This document shows positions 1 to 12,743 of a stretch of 64,000 nt of DNA, piece by piece. Under the pieces are notes generated by a model that saw nothing but the letters and a program-made list of their open reading frames with translations, made no database searches and was not told where the DNA came from. The number at the start of each line of letters is the position of its first letter. Position 1 is the first letter of the stretch. A program made the translations under genes and the position numbers. The DNA is from Pseudomonadales bacterium. Its GTDB lineage: Bacteria > Pseudomonadota > Gammaproteobacteria > Pseudomonadales > Azotimanducaceae. The stretch lies in assembly GCA_041686955.1 (NCBI GenBank), contig JAWLCV010000009.1, forward strand, positions 459 through 64,458. Direction: 5' to 3'.

Positions 1-222
1 GATGACGTTGCGCACCAGCTTGTCGAGATTGACCTCGGCCCGGGAGCGGTACTCTCCGGCCAGCACCACGATGCCGGTCTTGATCAGGGTCTCGCACGCC
101 ACCCGGGATTCCGGGTCCTGCGCCAGCATGGCGTCGAGGACGGCGTCGGAGATCTGGTCGGCCATCTTGTCCGGGTGGCCCTCCGACACCGACTCGGAGG
201 TGAAAAGTCTGTAGTCGCTCAT
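1..222 (-). CDS. metK: S-adenosylmethionine synthetase, N-terminal 74 codons (gene continues past the window start)
   Basis: Not in the ORF track because it is edge-truncated. Reverse complement from ATG at 222-220 reads [50 protein letters not shown]..., matching the invariant MetK N-terminus ([24 protein letters not shown]). Confidence 0.9.
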   Translation of the reverse strand, partial: MSDYRLFTSESVSEGHPDKMADQISDAVLDAMLAQDPESRVACETLIKTGIVVLAGEYRSRAEVNLDKLVRNVI

Positions 223-463
223 CAGGGCCCTCTTTATCCAGTGGCTTCGCTCGGTACGCGAACGCTCGATTGTAGCGCAAGCATCCGGCGCATAACCCCC
301 TCCTGCTGGGCTGGTGATGTAAGCGCGGGCGAGCGGGGACGCCCGGGAGCCGGCTCGCCAGCCGGCACGCCGACCGACTCGCCAACGGCGCGCGAATTGC
401 AGAGGTCCGGCCGAGCGGGGAGAATAGCGCCCCCGTCGCGACGGCTACGATTCAAGGGCCAAG

Positions 464-2464
464 ATGTCTTCCAGAACAGAGAGAGCGAACGCCATCCGGG
501 CGCTCGCCATGGATGCGGTACAGGCGGCCAACTCCGGCCATCCGGGGGCGCCCATGGGCCTCGCCGACGTGGCCGAGGTGCTCTGGCGCGAGGTGCTGCG
601 CCACAATCCGGCGGATCCGCGCTGGATCGACCGCGACCGCTTCGTGCTCTCCAACGGCCACGCCTCCATGCTGTTGTACTCCGCCCTGCACCTGTGCGGC
701 TACGATGTCTCCATCGACGACATTCGCAACTTCCGGCAGCTCCACGCCCCCACCGCCGGGCACCCGGAGTACGGGGAGTGCCCCGGGGTCGAGACCACCA
801 CCGGTCCCCTCGGGCAGGGATTCGCCAACGCCGTGGGCATGGCCCTCGGTGAGCGCCTGCTGGCGGAGACCTTCAACCGCGAAGGCTTTCCGGTCATCGA
901 TCACCGTACCTGGGTCATCGCCGGCGACGGTTGCCTGATGGAAGGCATTTCCCACGAGGCGGCATCCCTGGCGGGCACCCTCGGGCTCGGCAAGCTGGTG
1001 TGCATCTACGACGACAACGGGATATCCATCGACGGCGCGGTGGACGGCTGGTTCACCGAGGATGTGGCGGCCCGGTTCGAAGCCTACGGCTGGCGGGTGA
1101 TTCGCGGCGTGGACGGCCACGATGGTGAGGCCGTGCACGAAGCGCTCTGCCAGGCCCTGGCCCACGACGACCGCCCCACCCTGATTCTCGCGCGCACGGT
1201 GATCGGTTTCGGCGCACCCCACAAGGCGGGCACCGCCGACGTCCACGGCGCGGCCCTGGGCGAGGACGAGGTGGCGGCGGCGCGCAAGCGGCTCAACTGG
1301 GGCTCGCCGCCGTTCGAGATCCCCGAGCACCTCTATCAGGCGTGGGACTGCCGGCCCCGCGGTGCCGGGCTGCAGGGCGATTGGGAGGCCATGTTCGACC
1401 GGTATCGAGCCGAGTATCCGGAGCTGGCCGCGGAGCTCACGCGCCGCATGGCGGGCGAGCTGCCGGAAGGATGGGCACAACCCATTCGCGCCCTGGCCCG
1501 GGAAGCTCAGGCCGCCATGGAACCGCTGGAGACGCGGAAGTCGTCGCAGCGCTGCCTGGGCGCCCTGGCCGAGACCCTGCCCGAGCTGTTCGGCGGTTCC
1601 GCCGACCTCACCGGGTCCAACGGCACCCGCTGGAAGGGCGCGCCGGACAGCCGGTATCTGAGCTACGGCGTGCGCGAGTTCGCCATGACCGCCATCACCA
1701 ACGGCCTGGTGCTGCATGGCGGCCTGCGCCCCTTCTCGGGCACCTTTCTGGTGTTCATGGAGTACGCACGAAACGCCGTGCGTCTGGCGGCGCTGATGAA
1801 GATCCCGAACGTCTTCGTCTATACCCACGATTCCGTCGCCTTGGGCGAAGACGGCCCGACCCACCAGCCGGTGGAGCAGCTCACCAATCTGCGGACCACG
1901 CCGGGACTGTCGGTCTGGCGGCCCTGCGACACCGTGGAGAGCGCGGTGGCCTGGGAGGCTGCCATCGCGAACCGCCGGGGCCCCACCGCTCTGGTATTCA
2001 CCCGGCAGAAGACGGCGCCGCAGGCTCGCGACGAAGCGACCCTCGAGCGTATCGCCCGCGGCGGCTACGTGTTGCGCGCCGAGCCCCCGGGGCGCGAGCC
2101 GGACGCCGTCCTCATCGCCACCGGCTCGGAGGTGGAGCTGGCCATGGCCGCCGCTCTGCGCCTGGACCGGGAAGGCCTGGCCGTGCGGGTGGTGTCCATG
2201 CCCTGCGTCGACGTGTTCCGGAGCCAGGATGCGGCGTATCGCGACTCGGTGCTGCCGCCCGCGTGCCGCGCGCGCGTGGCCGTGGAGGCGGGCCATCCCG
2301 ACTTCTGGCGGGCCTTCGTGGGTCTCGACGGCGAGGTGGTGGGAATCGATCGTTTCGGGCTGTCCGCCCCGGCAGCGGACGCCATGCGGGAGTTGGGCAT
2401 GACCGAGGAGAACGTGGCCGCCGCGGTGCGCACCGTGGTGGCGCGACTGAACGGAGACCAGTGA
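464..2464 (+). CDS. tkt: transketolase
   Basis: 666-aa ORF. N-terminus [38 protein letters not shown] and [18 protein letters not shown] motifs. Full length typical of bacterial transketolase. Confidence 0.95.
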   Translation: MSSRTERANAIRALAMDAVQAANSGHPGAPMGLADVAEVLWREVLRHNPADPRWIDRDRFVLSNGHASMLLYSALHLCGYDVSIDDIRNFRQLHAPTAGHPEYGECPGVETTTGPLGQGFANAVGMALGERLLAETFNREGFPVIDHRTWVIAGDGCLMEGISHEAASLAGTLGLGKLVCIYDDNGISIDGAVDGWFTEDVAARFEAYGWRVIRGVDGHDGEAVHEALCQALAHDDRPTLILARTVIGFGAPHKAGTADVHGAALGEDEVAAARKRLNWGSPPFEIPEHLYQAWDCRPRGAGLQGDWEAMFDRYRAEYPELAAELTRRMAGELPEGWAQPIRALAREAQAAMEPLETRKSSQRCLGALAETLPELFGGSADLTGSNGTRWKGAPDSRYLSYGVREFAMTAITNGLVLHGGLRPFSGTFLVFMEYARNAVRLAALMKIPNVFVYTHDSVALGEDGPTHQPVEQLTNLRTTPGLSVWRPCDTVESAVAWEAAIANRRGPTALVFTRQKTAPQARDEATLERIARGGYVLRAEPPGREPDAVLIATGSEVELAMAAALRLDREGLAVRVVSMPCVDVFRSQDAAYRDSVLPPACRARVAVEAGHPDFWRAFVGLDGEVVGIDRFGLSAPAADAMRELGMTEENVAAAVRTVVARLNGDQ

Positions 2465-3645
2465 TGGCCGCACGAAAGTACCCTCGCAAGGAGATGACCG
2501 ACCTGGACCTCGCCGGCAAACGGGTTCTCATCCGCGAGGACCTGAACGTGCCGGTCAAGGACGGCAAGGTCACCAGCGATGCGCGCATCCGCGCCGCGCT
2601 GCCGACCCTGCGCCAGGCCCTGGATGCCGGCGCCGCGGTGGTGGTGATGTCCCACCTCGGCCGTCCCGAGGAGGGCCGTCACGACGACCGGTACTCCCTG
2701 GCACCCGTGGCCGAGCGCCTCGGCGAGTTGCTGGGGCGGCCGGTGCCGCTCATCCGCGACTGGCGGATCTCCGGGGCCGGCGTGCGGCCCGGCGAGATCG
2801 CCCTCTTGGAGAACGTGCGTTTTCTGGAAGGCGAGTCGAAGGACGACGACGCCCTGGCCCAGGCCCTGGCGGGGATGTGCGACGTGTTCGTCATGGACGC
2901 GTTCGCTACCGCGCACCGGGCCCAGGCCTCCACCCACGGGGTCGCCAAGTTCGCTCCCGTCGCCTGTGCCGGACCGCTGCTGTCCGCGGAGCTCGGCGCC
3001 CTCGAGCAGGCGCTGGCCGACCCCCGGCGGCCCATGATCGCCATCGTCGGCGGCGCCAAGGTGTCGAGCAAGCTCGAGGTGCTGGACGCCCTCTCCGAGG
3101 TGGCGGACCGCATCATCGTCGGCGGTGGCATTGCCAACACGTTCATTGCGGCCGCGGGTCACGAGGTGGGCAAGTCGCTCTACGAGGCGGATCTGCTCGA
3201 CGCGGCGAAGCGCATCGCCGGCAAGGTGGACGTGCCGCTGCCGGAAGACGTGATGGTGGGCAAGCGGCTGGACGAAGAGGAGCCCGCCCAGGCGAAACGC
3301 CTGGACGAGGTGGCCGAGGACGACATGATCCTGGACATCGGGCCGGAGACGGCCCGGCAGTGGGCCGCTTCCCTGGACGGTGCCGGCACGGTGCTGTGGA
3401 ACGGCCCGGTGGGGGTGTTCGAGATCGACCAGTTCGGCGAGGGCACCCGGGTGCTGGCGGAGGCCATCGCCAAAAGCGGCGCTTTCTCCATCGCCGGCGG
3501 CGGCGATACGCTCGCGGCCATCGACAAGTACGGGGTGCGCGACGGCATCTCGTACATCTCCACCGGTGGCGGCGCGTTCCTGGAGTTCGTGGAGGGCAAG
3601 ACCCTGCCGGCGGTGGCGGTGCTCGCCAGCCGGGCCGATGATTGA
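2464..3645 (+). CDS. pgk: phosphoglycerate kinase
   Basis: In-frame ATG at 2464 overlaps the tkt stop (GTGATGG). [32 protein letters not shown] and [10 protein letters not shown] motifs. Alternative start ATG 2494 (MTDLDL). Confidence 0.92.
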   Translation: MAARKYPRKEMTDLDLAGKRVLIREDLNVPVKDGKVTSDARIRAALPTLRQALDAGAAVVVMSHLGRPEEGRHDDRYSLAPVAERLGELLGRPVPLIRDWRISGAGVRPGEIALLENVRFLEGESKDDDALAQALAGMCDVFVMDAFATAHRAQASTHGVAKFAPVACAGPLLSAELGALEQALADPRRPMIAIVGGAKVSSKLEVLDALSEVADRIIVGGGIANTFIAAAGHEVGKSLYEADLLDAAKRIAGKVDVPLPEDVMVGKRLDEEEPAQAKRLDEVAEDDMILDIGPETARQWAASLDGAGTVLWNGPVGVFEIDQFGEGTRVLAEAIAKSGAFSIAGGGDTLAAIDKYGVRDGISYISTGGGAFLEFVEGKTLPAVAVLASRADD

Positions 3646-4609
3646 CGGCGGATTCGACCCGGAGGCGCTGCGCCGGGGCCTGCGCCCGCTGATTCCCGGC
3701 GATCCCGTCCTCCTCACTCCGGAGGAGGACGCGTACCTGCGCCATTACGGCATCCATTTCGTCGAGGAGTTTCCCCAGCTCAGCCACAGCTTCGGGGCGG
3801 TGGAATCGGCCGAGCACCGCATCGCCGCGCATCTGTGGATGCCGGCCGAGGCCCAGGGTACGGCGGTGGTGATCCATGGCTACTACGACCACACGGGCCT
3901 GTACGGACACCTGATCCGCCACCTCATCGAGCGCCGCCTGGCGGTGGTGTCCTTCGACCTGCCGGGTCACGGCCTGTCCACCGGGGCCCCGGCGGCGATC
4001 GATACCTTCGAGCACTACGTGGCCGCCTTCGAGGCCTGCATGGCGGCGCTGGAGAGCCATTTGCCCGGGCCCTGGTTCCTGTTCGGCCAGAGCACGGGCG
4101 GTGCCATCGCCATGCAGTGGCTGCTCGCCGGCGGCTACACCCGGGAAACCGCACCGTTCGCCCGCGTGGTGCTGCTCGCGCCCCTGGTGCGCCCGTACCT
4201 CTGGCCGGTGAACCGGGTGGTCTACGAGGTAGCCCGGCGGTTCATCCGGGAGCGGCCGCGGACCTTCACCAGCAACGCCGAGAACGCCGAATTCCTCGAG
4301 TTTCTCCGGCATCGCGACCCGCTGCAGGCCCGCACGCTCCCGGTGCGCTGGGTCACCGCCATGCTGGAGTGGCGCCGCCGCTTCGAGCGGCACGCCCCCA
4401 CGGACATCGAGCCGCTGGTGATCCAGGGACGGGCGGACCGCACCGTGGACTGGCGCTACAACGTGAAGGTCATCTCGGAGCTGTTTGCCCCGCGCATCTT
4501 CTACATCCCGGAGGCGCGCCATCACCTGGTGAACGAGTCGCCGGCGATCCGTGCCCGCATCTTCCAGGCCATCGACGGCGAGCTGTTCGGCAGCCGGCGC
4601 GCTCCCTGA
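3638..4609 (+). CDS. alpha/beta hydrolase (lysophospholipase / monoacylglycerol-lipase-like)
   Basis: ATG 3638 overlaps the pgk stop (ATGATTGA). [22 protein letters not shown] and nucleophile elbow GQSTGG are present. The longer 3380 start in the track lies inside pgk. Confidence 0.8.
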   Translation: MIDGGFDPEALRRGLRPLIPGDPVLLTPEEDAYLRHYGIHFVEEFPQLSHSFGAVESAEHRIAAHLWMPAEAQGTAVVIHGYYDHTGLYGHLIRHLIERRLAVVSFDLPGHGLSTGAPAAIDTFEHYVAAFEACMAALESHLPGPWFLFGQSTGGAIAMQWLLAGGYTRETAPFARVVLLAPLVRPYLWPVNRVVYEVARRFIRERPRTFTSNAENAEFLEFLRHRDPLQARTLPVRWVTAMLEWRRRFERHAPTDIEPLVIQGRADRTVDWRYNVKVISELFAPRIFYIPEARHHLVNESPAIRARIFQAIDGELFGSRRAP

Positions 4610-4684
4610 AACTGTTACCGGCGTCACACTGCAGGTTGGGCAGCGGTTGCTATAGTCAAGAACGAGCCCGCCTCCGAGGCAGCC

Positions 4685-5650
4685 ATGAGCTCCCGATTCC
4701 GGCCCAGCCCCCCTGCGCCCTGGCCTGCCATCTGCGCCCTCGGAATGATGATGGTGCTGCTGGTCGGCGGCTGCGAGTCGCCGGGCCAGCGCCGTGATGG
4801 CCGCGACCTTCCCGGGCCGCGCCTGCCGCCGGTGGCCCCCACGCCGGACCTGGCCGAGCTCCCCCCGCCCAGGCCGCGCAGCGTGGCGTTGGTGCTGTCC
4901 GCCGACACCACCCATTACGCCGCCGTGGCGGATGCGCTGGACGAGCGTCTCCCTGGGGCGACGGCGCGCTACCGACTCCAGGGGAAGGACCCCGCCACGG
5001 TACTTCAGGCCATCCAGCGTGCCGGCCATACCGAGGCCGTGGCCATCGGACGTCAGGCGCTGGTCCTTCTGGCTGCCGCCGAGCTGCGCGTCGCCTACTG
5101 CCAGATCTTTCAGCCGCCGGGGCCGGCTGCCGCGTCGGCAGCCGGGCCGGCGCCTTCGGGCGTTGCGGCGCTGCCGGACTACTCCGCCCAGTTCGACGCC
5201 TGGACGGCGCACCGTCCGGGCCTCGCCCGCGTCGGGCTGATCACGGGAGCGGGGCGCGACGAGGCGGCAGCGGAAATTGAAGCGGCCGCGGGGTCCCGGG
5301 GGCTGGAGCTGCGTCGGGCGGTGGTGCGCTCCGACAAGGAGCTCCTCTACGTGTTCCGCCGCATGGTGCCCGAGATTCAGGGTTTCCTGCTCTATCCGGA
5401 TCCGCGGGTCCTGAGCCCGGCCACCCTGCGGGAGGTGATCGCCTACGCGGCCAAGCACGACGTGGAGGTGCTCACCTACAACCGTGCCATCTTCGACATC
5501 GGCGCCGGTTTGCTGATCACGGCGGATTCCGCGGAAGTCGCCGACAAGGTGCTCGCGGTGCTGGATTCGCCTGCCGCACGAGGCGCCGAGCTCCCGCTGT
5601 CCCGGGTGGTGATCGAAACCCACCACGGCGAACCGGAGGCCGCCCAGTGA
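4685..5650 (+). CDS. putative lipoprotein, periplasmic-binding-protein-like (ABC_sub_bind-type, tentative)
   Basis: Signal peptide with lipobox (MMMVLLVGG-C-ESPG). The C-terminal two thirds (GLITGAGRDEAAAEIE..., LLYPDPRVLSP...) resemble the orphan ABC substrate-binding family from memory. The stop overlaps the next gene's start. Confidence 0.7.
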   Translation: MSSRFRPSPPAPWPAICALGMMMVLLVGGCESPGQRRDGRDLPGPRLPPVAPTPDLAELPPPRPRSVALVLSADTTHYAAVADALDERLPGATARYRLQGKDPATVLQAIQRAGHTEAVAIGRQALVLLAAAELRVAYCQIFQPPGPAAASAAGPAPSGVAALPDYSAQFDAWTAHRPGLARVGLITGAGRDEAAAEIEAAAGSRGLELRRAVVRSDKELLYVFRRMVPEIQGFLLYPDPRVLSPATLREVIAYAAKHDVEVLTYNRAIFDIGAGLLITADSAEVADKVLAVLDSPAARGAELPLSRVVIETHHGEPEAAQ

Positions 5651-7806
5651 CGCGGACGGTAAAGCCAGGGCGGGATTCCCCGGAAGCACGGCTGCCGCGC
5701 AGAACCCTGGTCGGCGAGTTGCTGCTCGCCCAGCTCTCGTTCGCCCTCGCGCTGGGAGTGGTGGCCGTGGTGACGGTGTGGTCCGTTGCCGATTGGGTGG
5801 TGCGCGACAACCTCTCGGCCTGGGGGCGCCAATGGATCGCCGAGCTCGACACCTTGGGTGGCGCGTTGTACGCGTCGGACGATCCCGGGCGCTATCTGCA
5901 GGTGGAGCAGTACGCGGACAAGTTCCCGGAGATCGCCTTCGTGCGCTTCTACGACGTGGACGGCTCCGTCCTGTTCCGCCACGGGGGCGAGGGCACGGCC
6001 GCGGACCACCCGCCGCTGGCGGACGCGGTGCTGGCGCGGCTCGCTGCCCGCGACGCCGCCGACGGATACGTCCTGGACGAAACGTCCCTGGCGCCGCTGG
6101 TGAGCATCAGCGGCGCGGTGCGGGTCACCTCCATGGCGTCCGACAGCCTGTTCGACATCGACAGTCTCGACGACGCCGAGACCCGCTCCGAGGTAGTGGG
6201 GTTCGTGGAGCTCGGTCTGGACTACCAGCGCTACGATCACGAGCTGATGCAGAGCGTGACCGTGGGCAGTGCCGTCACCGCCCTCACCTTCCTGGTGTTG
6301 ATGCTGGCGGGCCGGGTGATGCTGCGCCGCGCCGTGCAGCCGCTGGTGGATCTGCAGGAGCCTCTTCGCCAGCTCGCGGAAGGCGACGGTGAGGTGAAGA
6401 TCCCGCAGTCGGAGCACCGGGAGATCGCCGCCATCGCCCAGGCACTGCGCCGGGCGGTGTCGCGGATCCGGCGGCGGGATTGGAGCCTGCGGCGTCTGGC
6501 CAACTACGACGATCTCACGGGATTGCCGAACCGGCGGCATTTCGAGGAGCTGCTCGGCGAGGAGCTTGCAGGCTGGGACCGCCCGCCGGCGGCCCTGCTG
6601 TTTTTGGACCTGGACCACTTCAAATACATCAACGACGTCCTCGGTCACTCCGCCGGAGACGTGATGCTGCGCCAGGTGGCCTCGCGCCTGGCGGCGGCGG
6701 TGAAGGATACCGACGTGGTGGCCCGGTTCGGCGGCGACGAGTTCATGCTGCTGCTGCGGGGTGTCTCGGCAGCCGAGGCGGTGCAGACGGCGGGCCGGCT
6801 GCTGGGGGAGATTCGCGACTACCCCCTGGTCTACGAGCGCCGGTCCTTCAGCGTGAACGGCAGCATCGGCATCACCGCGGTGACAGGTCCGTACACGGTG
6901 GACGAGTTGCTGGCCCAGGCGGACATGGCCTGTCATCAGGCCAAGACGGACGGGCGCAACCTGGTGCGCCTGTTCGAGCCCGAGGCCGGCGCGGTGGAGA
7001 CTCTCGAGACGGACCTCGGCCAGCTCGAGAAGCTGAAGGCCGCGCTGCGGGAGGACCGCTTCGTTCTGTTCTTTCAGCCCATCGTCAGCCTGGACTCCGG
7101 GGCCTTCACCCACTACGAGGTGCTGCTGCGCCTCGACGACGGCGGCGAGCTGGTCGCCCCCGGCGCGTTTCTTTCCGCGGCTACCCGGTTCGGTCTCATG
7201 CAGGAGATCGATCGCTGGGTCATCGATCACGCCCTGGAGGAGCTCGCCCGGCTGCGGACGAGGGCGCCGGAGCTGCGCTTCACCATCAACGTCTCCGGCG
7301 CGAGCTTCGTGGGCGGCGAGCTGGACGGTTACGTCGCCGAGGCGCTGGAAAGGCATCGTCTGCCGGCTTCCGCCGTGGTGTTCGAGATCACGGAGCAAGT
7401 GGCGGTGGGCAGCTTCGCCAATGCCACCCGGCAGATCGACGCGCTGATGAAGCTCGGCTGCGAGTTCGCCATCGACGATTTCGGCGCCGGTTACAGCTCG
7501 CTGAATTACTTGAAGCAGCTTCCCATGCAGTACATCAAGATCGACGGCGCCTTCATCGGCAAGCTCGTCGACAGTCCCGTGGATCAGGTGATCGTCCGCT
7601 CCATCGCCGAGATCGCCCGGGTGCTCGGCAAGAAGACGGTGGCGGAGTTCGTGGGCGACGACGCTACCCTCACGCTGTTGCGCAAGCTCGGCATCGACTA
7701 CGCCCAGGGCTACCACGTGGGCCGGCCGACGCCTTCGGTGGCGGTGGGCAACGTGGTGGCCGTGGCGCGGGCGAAGCGCCGGGGAACGCGGCGGGCGGCG
7801 GGATAG
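5647..7806 (+). CDS. membrane-bound GGDEF-EAL protein (diguanylate cyclase / c-di-GMP phosphodiesterase) with periplasmic sensor region and HAMP-like linker
   Basis: GTG 5647 overlaps the upstream stop (GTGA). Two hydrophobic segments flank about 190 aa. RFGGDEFMLLL (GGDEF), YEVLLRL, FEITE and DDFGAGYSSLNYLK (EAL) motifs. Confidence 0.9.
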   Translation: MTRTVKPGRDSPEARLPRRTLVGELLLAQLSFALALGVVAVVTVWSVADWVVRDNLSAWGRQWIAELDTLGGALYASDDPGRYLQVEQYADKFPEIAFVRFYDVDGSVLFRHGGEGTAADHPPLADAVLARLAARDAADGYVLDETSLAPLVSISGAVRVTSMASDSLFDIDSLDDAETRSEVVGFVELGLDYQRYDHELMQSVTVGSAVTALTFLVLMLAGRVMLRRAVQPLVDLQEPLRQLAEGDGEVKIPQSEHREIAAIAQALRRAVSRIRRRDWSLRRLANYDDLTGLPNRRHFEELLGEELAGWDRPPAALLFLDLDHFKYINDVLGHSAGDVMLRQVASRLAAAVKDTDVVARFGGDEFMLLLRGVSAAEAVQTAGRLLGEIRDYPLVYERRSFSVNGSIGITAVTGPYTVDELLAQADMACHQAKTDGRNLVRLFEPEAGAVETLETDLGQLEKLKAALREDRFVLFFQPIVSLDSGAFTHYEVLLRLDDGGELVAPGAFLSAATRFGLMQEIDRWVIDHALEELARLRTRAPELRFTINVSGASFVGGELDGYVAEALERHRLPASAVVFEITEQVAVGSFANATRQIDALMKLGCEFAIDDFGAGYSSLNYLKQLPMQYIKIDGAFIGKLVDSPVDQVIVRSIAEIARVLGKKTVAEFVGDDATLTLLRKLGIDYAQGYHVGRPTPSVAVGNVVAVARAKRRGTRRAAG

Positions 7807-7815
7807 GCGCCGCCG

Positions 7816-9045
7816 TCAGAACAGCACGCGGGCCTTGATGGTCCCCGGAACCTCCCTCAGCGCCTTCAGCACCGGCTGGGAGTAGTCGGCGTCGATGTCG
7901 ATCACCACGTAGCCGATGGTGGGATTGGTCTGCAGGTACTGGCCCGCCACGTTCACCCGATGATCGGACAGGACCTGGTTGATGGCGGACATGACCCCCG
8001 GCACGTTGCGGTGGATGTGCAGCAGCCGGTGCTGTCCCGGATGCTCCGGCAGCGCCACCTCCGGGAAATTCACCGCCGATAGAGTGGAGCCGTTGTCGCT
8101 GTAACGGATGAGCTTCTCGGAGACCTCGATGCCGATGTTCTCCTGGGCCTCCTGGGTGCTGCCGCCGATGTGGGGCGTGAGGATCACGTTGTCCAGGCCG
8201 CGCAGCGGCGACTGAAACGGCTCGTCGTTGCTCTTCGGCTCCTCGGGGAACACGTCGATGGCGGCACCGAGCAGCGACCCTTCGCGCAGCCGCGCGGCCA
8301 GGGCATCCAGATCGATGACGTTGCCGCGGGAGGCGTTGATCAGCACCGACGCGGGCTTCATCGCCGCGAGCGCCTCGGCGTCGATCATCATCCGCGTCTG
8401 GGGGGTCGCCGGAACGTGCAGGGTCACCACGTCTGCCATGCGCAGCAGCTCCGGCAGGCTCTCCACCTGCCGCGCGTTGCCCAGGTTCAGCTTCTTCACC
8501 ACGTCGTAGAAGATGACGTTCATGCCCAGGCCCTCGGCGAGCACGCCGAGCTGGGCACCGATGTTGCCGTAGCCGATCACGCCCAGGGTCTTGCCGCGGA
8601 CCTCGAAGGCCGAGCGGGCGGATTTCCGCCAGGCGCCGCGGTGCATCAGCGCGCTTTTCTCCGGCACCCCCCGGAGCAGCAGGATCGCCTCGGCCAGCAC
8701 CAGCTCGGCGACGCTGCGGGTGTTGGAGAACGGCGCGTTGAACACCGGAACGCCGGCCGCGGTGGCCGCCGCCAGATCCACCTGATTGGTGCCGATACAG
8801 AAGCAGCCCACGGCCATGAGCCGGCGCGCCGCCCCCAGCGCCTCGGCATCGAGCTGCGTGCGGGAGCGGATGCCCAGCATGTGGACGTCTGCGATGACCT
8901 CCGCCAGCGCCTCGCCCTGCAGCGCGTGGCCGAGGGCGGTGACGTTACGGTAACCGGCGCTTTCCAGGTTCGCCGCCGCCGACGGGTGCACGCCCTCCAG
9001 CAGCAGAACACGGATCTTGTCTTTGTCGAAGGAGGTGGTGCGCAA
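7816..9045 (-). CDS. serA: D-3-phosphoglycerate dehydrogenase
   Basis: Near-colinear with E. coli/Pseudomonas SerA (KDKIRVLLLEGVH..., CFCIGTNQVDL, FNAPFSNTRSVAELV, TPHIGGSTQEAQENIG, C-terminal ACT domain). TTG at 9045 gives 409 aa like homologs. In-frame ATGs at 9093 and 9102 are alternatives, and the track's 9417 start is too long. Confidence 0.9.
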   Translation of the reverse strand: MRTTSFDKDKIRVLLLEGVHPSAAANLESAGYRNVTALGHALQGEALAEVIADVHMLGIRSRTQLDAEALGAARRLMAVGCFCIGTNQVDLAAATAAGVPVFNAPFSNTRSVAELVLAEAILLLRGVPEKSALMHRGAWRKSARSAFEVRGKTLGVIGYGNIGAQLGVLAEGLGMNVIFYDVVKKLNLGNARQVESLPELLRMADVVTLHVPATPQTRMMIDAEALAAMKPASVLINASRGNVIDLDALAARLREGSLLGAAIDVFPEEPKSNDEPFQSPLRGLDNVILTPHIGGSTQEAQENIGIEVSEKLIRYSDNGSTLSAVNFPEVALPEHPGQHRLLHIHRNVPGVMSAINQVLSDHRVNVAGQYLQTNPTIGYVVIDIDADYSQPVLKALREVPGTIKARVLF

Positions 9046-9091
9046 GGCCTGTGGGTCCCGTGGAGAAAGGGCGCATATACTAGCAACCCCC

Positions 9092-10479
<1,388 letters not shown>

Positions 10480-10483
<4 letters not shown>

Positions 10484-11145
10484 AAGCGCTCCACCCCGCG
10501 GGCCGTGGCCATGAACACCACGTCCGCGGCCTCTGCGGCGAAGATGCCGTTGCAGACCACGCCTACGATGTTGTTGATGGTGCGCTCCATGGCCGCCGGA
10601 TCGACGATGCGCAGCCCATGGACGTCGAGAATCAGGTTGCCGTTGTCGGTGACGAAGTCGTGGCGCAGTTCCGGGTGGCCGCCGAGCTCCTTGAGCTGCC
10701 GGGCCACCAGGCCCCGCGCCATGGGAATGACCTCCACCGGCAGCGGGAATCCGCCGAGAAGCTCCACCCGCTTGCTCTCGTCGACGATGCACACGAACTC
10801 GCGGGCGGAGGCGGCGACGATTTTCTCCCGGGTCAGCGCGCCGCCGCCGCCCTTGATCATCTGCCGGGCAGCGTTCACCTCGTCCGCGCCGTCCACGTAG
10901 ACGCTGACGTCGTCCACCGCGTTCAGGTCGAGCACCGGGATGCCGTGGCCCCGCAGCCGATCGGCGCTGGCCTCGCTGCTGGCCACGGTGGCGTTGAAGG
11001 TGTGCTTGACGCGGGCCAGCGCGTCGATGAAGTGATTGGCGGTGGAGCCCGTGCCGATTCCCACCACGCTCGACGGCTCGAGACGAGGCGCCAGGTAGGC
11101 CAGGGCGGCTGCCGCCGCACTGCGTTTCTGCTGCTCTTGGTCCAT
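10480..11145 (-). CDS. rpiA: ribose-5-phosphate isomerase A
   Basis: 221 aa with [22 protein letters not shown] and [14 protein letters not shown] motifs of RpiA. Confidence 0.93.
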
Positions 11146-11174
11146 ACTACCTCGTTTGTCCGACGACCCTAAAC

Positions 11175-12710
11175 ATGCTGGAAGGCTACGTAAAGAAGAT
11201 TCTCTCGTCCCGCGTCTACGACGTGGCCGTGGAGACGCCGCTGCAGCCGGCGCGAAGCCTTTCGCGCCGCACCGGCAAACGGGTGCTCCTCAAACGAGAA
11301 GACATGCAACCCGTGTTCTCGTTCAAGATCCGCGGCGCCTACAACAAGATCGCCCAGCTCTCCGCCGAGGAGCGGGAGCGTGGGGTGATCACCGCCTCGG
11401 CGGGCAACCACGCCCAGGGCGTAGCGCTGGCGGCGCGTGAGCTCGACATCAAAGCCATCATCGTCATGGGGCGCAACACGCCGAGCATCAAGGTGAACGC
11501 GGTGCGGGATCTCGGCGCCCGGGTCGTGCTCCACGGCGACGGCTTCGACGAGGCGCGGGCCCACGCCGAGCAGCTCATGGTCAAAAACGGCTACACCTTC
11601 GTGCACCCGTACGACGACGTGGACGTCATCGCCGGCCAGGGCACGGTGGGCATGGAGATCATGAACCAGCACGCCCGGGCGCCGTCGGCGGTGTTCGTGC
11701 CCGTCGGCGGCGGCGGACTGGTGGCGGGCATCTCCGCCTACGTCAAATACCTCTCGCCGTCCACGCGCATCATCGGCGTCGAATCCGAGGGTTCCGCCTG
11801 CCTGGCCGCCGCCATGAAGGCCAACCGCCGGGTGAAGCTGCCCTACGAGTCTCTGGACCTGTTCGCCGATGGCGTCTCGGTGGCCCAGGTGGGCAGGGAA
11901 CCCTTCAAGGTGGCACGACGGTGCGTGGACCAGGTGATCACCGTGAGCACCGACGAGATCTGCGCCGCGGTGAAGGACCTGTTCGACGACACCCGTGCCA
12001 TCGCCGAGCCCGCCGGGGCGCTGGCCGTGGCGGGCTTGAAGCGCTACGTCGAGCTCGAGCGCCAGCGGGGTTCCACGCCGGCGGAGGAGGAAAGCTTCGT
12101 CGCCGTGGTCAGCGGCGCGAACGTGAACTTCGACCGGCTGCGCCACATCTCCGAGCGCGCCGAGGTGGGGGAGCAGCGGGAGGCGATCTTGGCCGTGACC
12201 ATTCCCGAGGAGCGGGGAAGCTTCCGCCGCTTCTGCCAGACCCTCGGCAAGCGCTCCGTCTCGGAGTTCAACTACCGCTATGCCCGGGACGACGAGGCCC
12301 ACGTCTACCTCGGGCTGCAGGTGGGGGCCGAGGAGGATCGCAACAGCGTCATCGCCCGCCTCCAGGCGGCCGGTTACGCCGTGACCGACATGACCGACAA
12401 CGAGGCCGCAAAGCTCCACGTCCGGCACATGGTGGGGGGGCGGACCTTCGGTGGTAAGAGCGAGCTGCTCTACCGGTTCGAGTTTCCGGAGCGGCCTGGG
12501 GCGCTGCTGCGCTTTCTGTCCGTGCTGGGCACCCAGTGGAACATCACCATGTTCCACTACCGCAACCACGGGGCCGCCTGGGGGCGGGTGCTGGTGGGGT
12601 TCGAGGCCGAGCCGCGGGACCGGGAGCACCTCGGCGCGTACCTGAAGCGCATCGGCTACCGGTATTGGGAGGAGACGGGGAACCCGGCCTATCACCTGTT
12701 CCTGCGCTGA
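11175..12710 (+). CDS. ilvA: biosynthetic threonine ammonia-lyase (threonine dehydratase)
   Basis: 511 aa with the PLP motif ([17 protein letters not shown]) and two C-terminal ACT-like regulatory repeats. Divergent from rpiA, as in Pseudomonas. Confidence 0.93.
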   Translation: MLEGYVKKILSSRVYDVAVETPLQPARSLSRRTGKRVLLKREDMQPVFSFKIRGAYNKIAQLSAEERERGVITASAGNHAQGVALAARELDIKAIIVMGRNTPSIKVNAVRDLGARVVLHGDGFDEARAHAEQLMVKNGYTFVHPYDDVDVIAGQGTVGMEIMNQHARAPSAVFVPVGGGGLVAGISAYVKYLSPSTRIIGVESEGSACLAAAMKANRRVKLPYESLDLFADGVSVAQVGREPFKVARRCVDQVITVSTDEICAAVKDLFDDTRAIAEPAGALAVAGLKRYVELERQRGSTPAEEESFVAVVSGANVNFDRLRHISERAEVGEQREAILAVTIPEERGSFRRFCQTLGKRSVSEFNYRYARDDEAHVYLGLQVGAEEDRNSVIARLQAAGYAVTDMTDNEAAKLHVRHMVGGRTFGGKSELLYRFEFPERPGALLRFLSVLGTQWNITMFHYRNHGAAWGRVLVGFEAEPRDREHLGAYLKRIGYRYWEETGNPAYHLFLR

Positions 12711-12718
12711 TGTACTGC

Positions 12719-12743
12719 GGCGCCGTACACCAGTTGCGGCGCC
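12719..12743. terminator. GC-rich hairpin between convergent ilvA and def (possible bidirectional terminator)
   Basis: GGCGCCGTA (12719-12727) pairs with TGCGGCGCC (12735-12743), including one G-U pair, around a 7-nt loop. There is no clear U-tract. It overlaps the def stop codon. Confidence 0.35.

Noticed and set aside
223-463. Possible SAM riboswitch or leader in the divergent metK/tkt spacer
   Set aside because: A plausible -10 (TACAAT, minus strand) leaves only a leader of about 60 nt before metK. I recognise no SAM-I, SAM-II or SAM-V consensus elements. Only an ordinary divergent promoter region can be supported.
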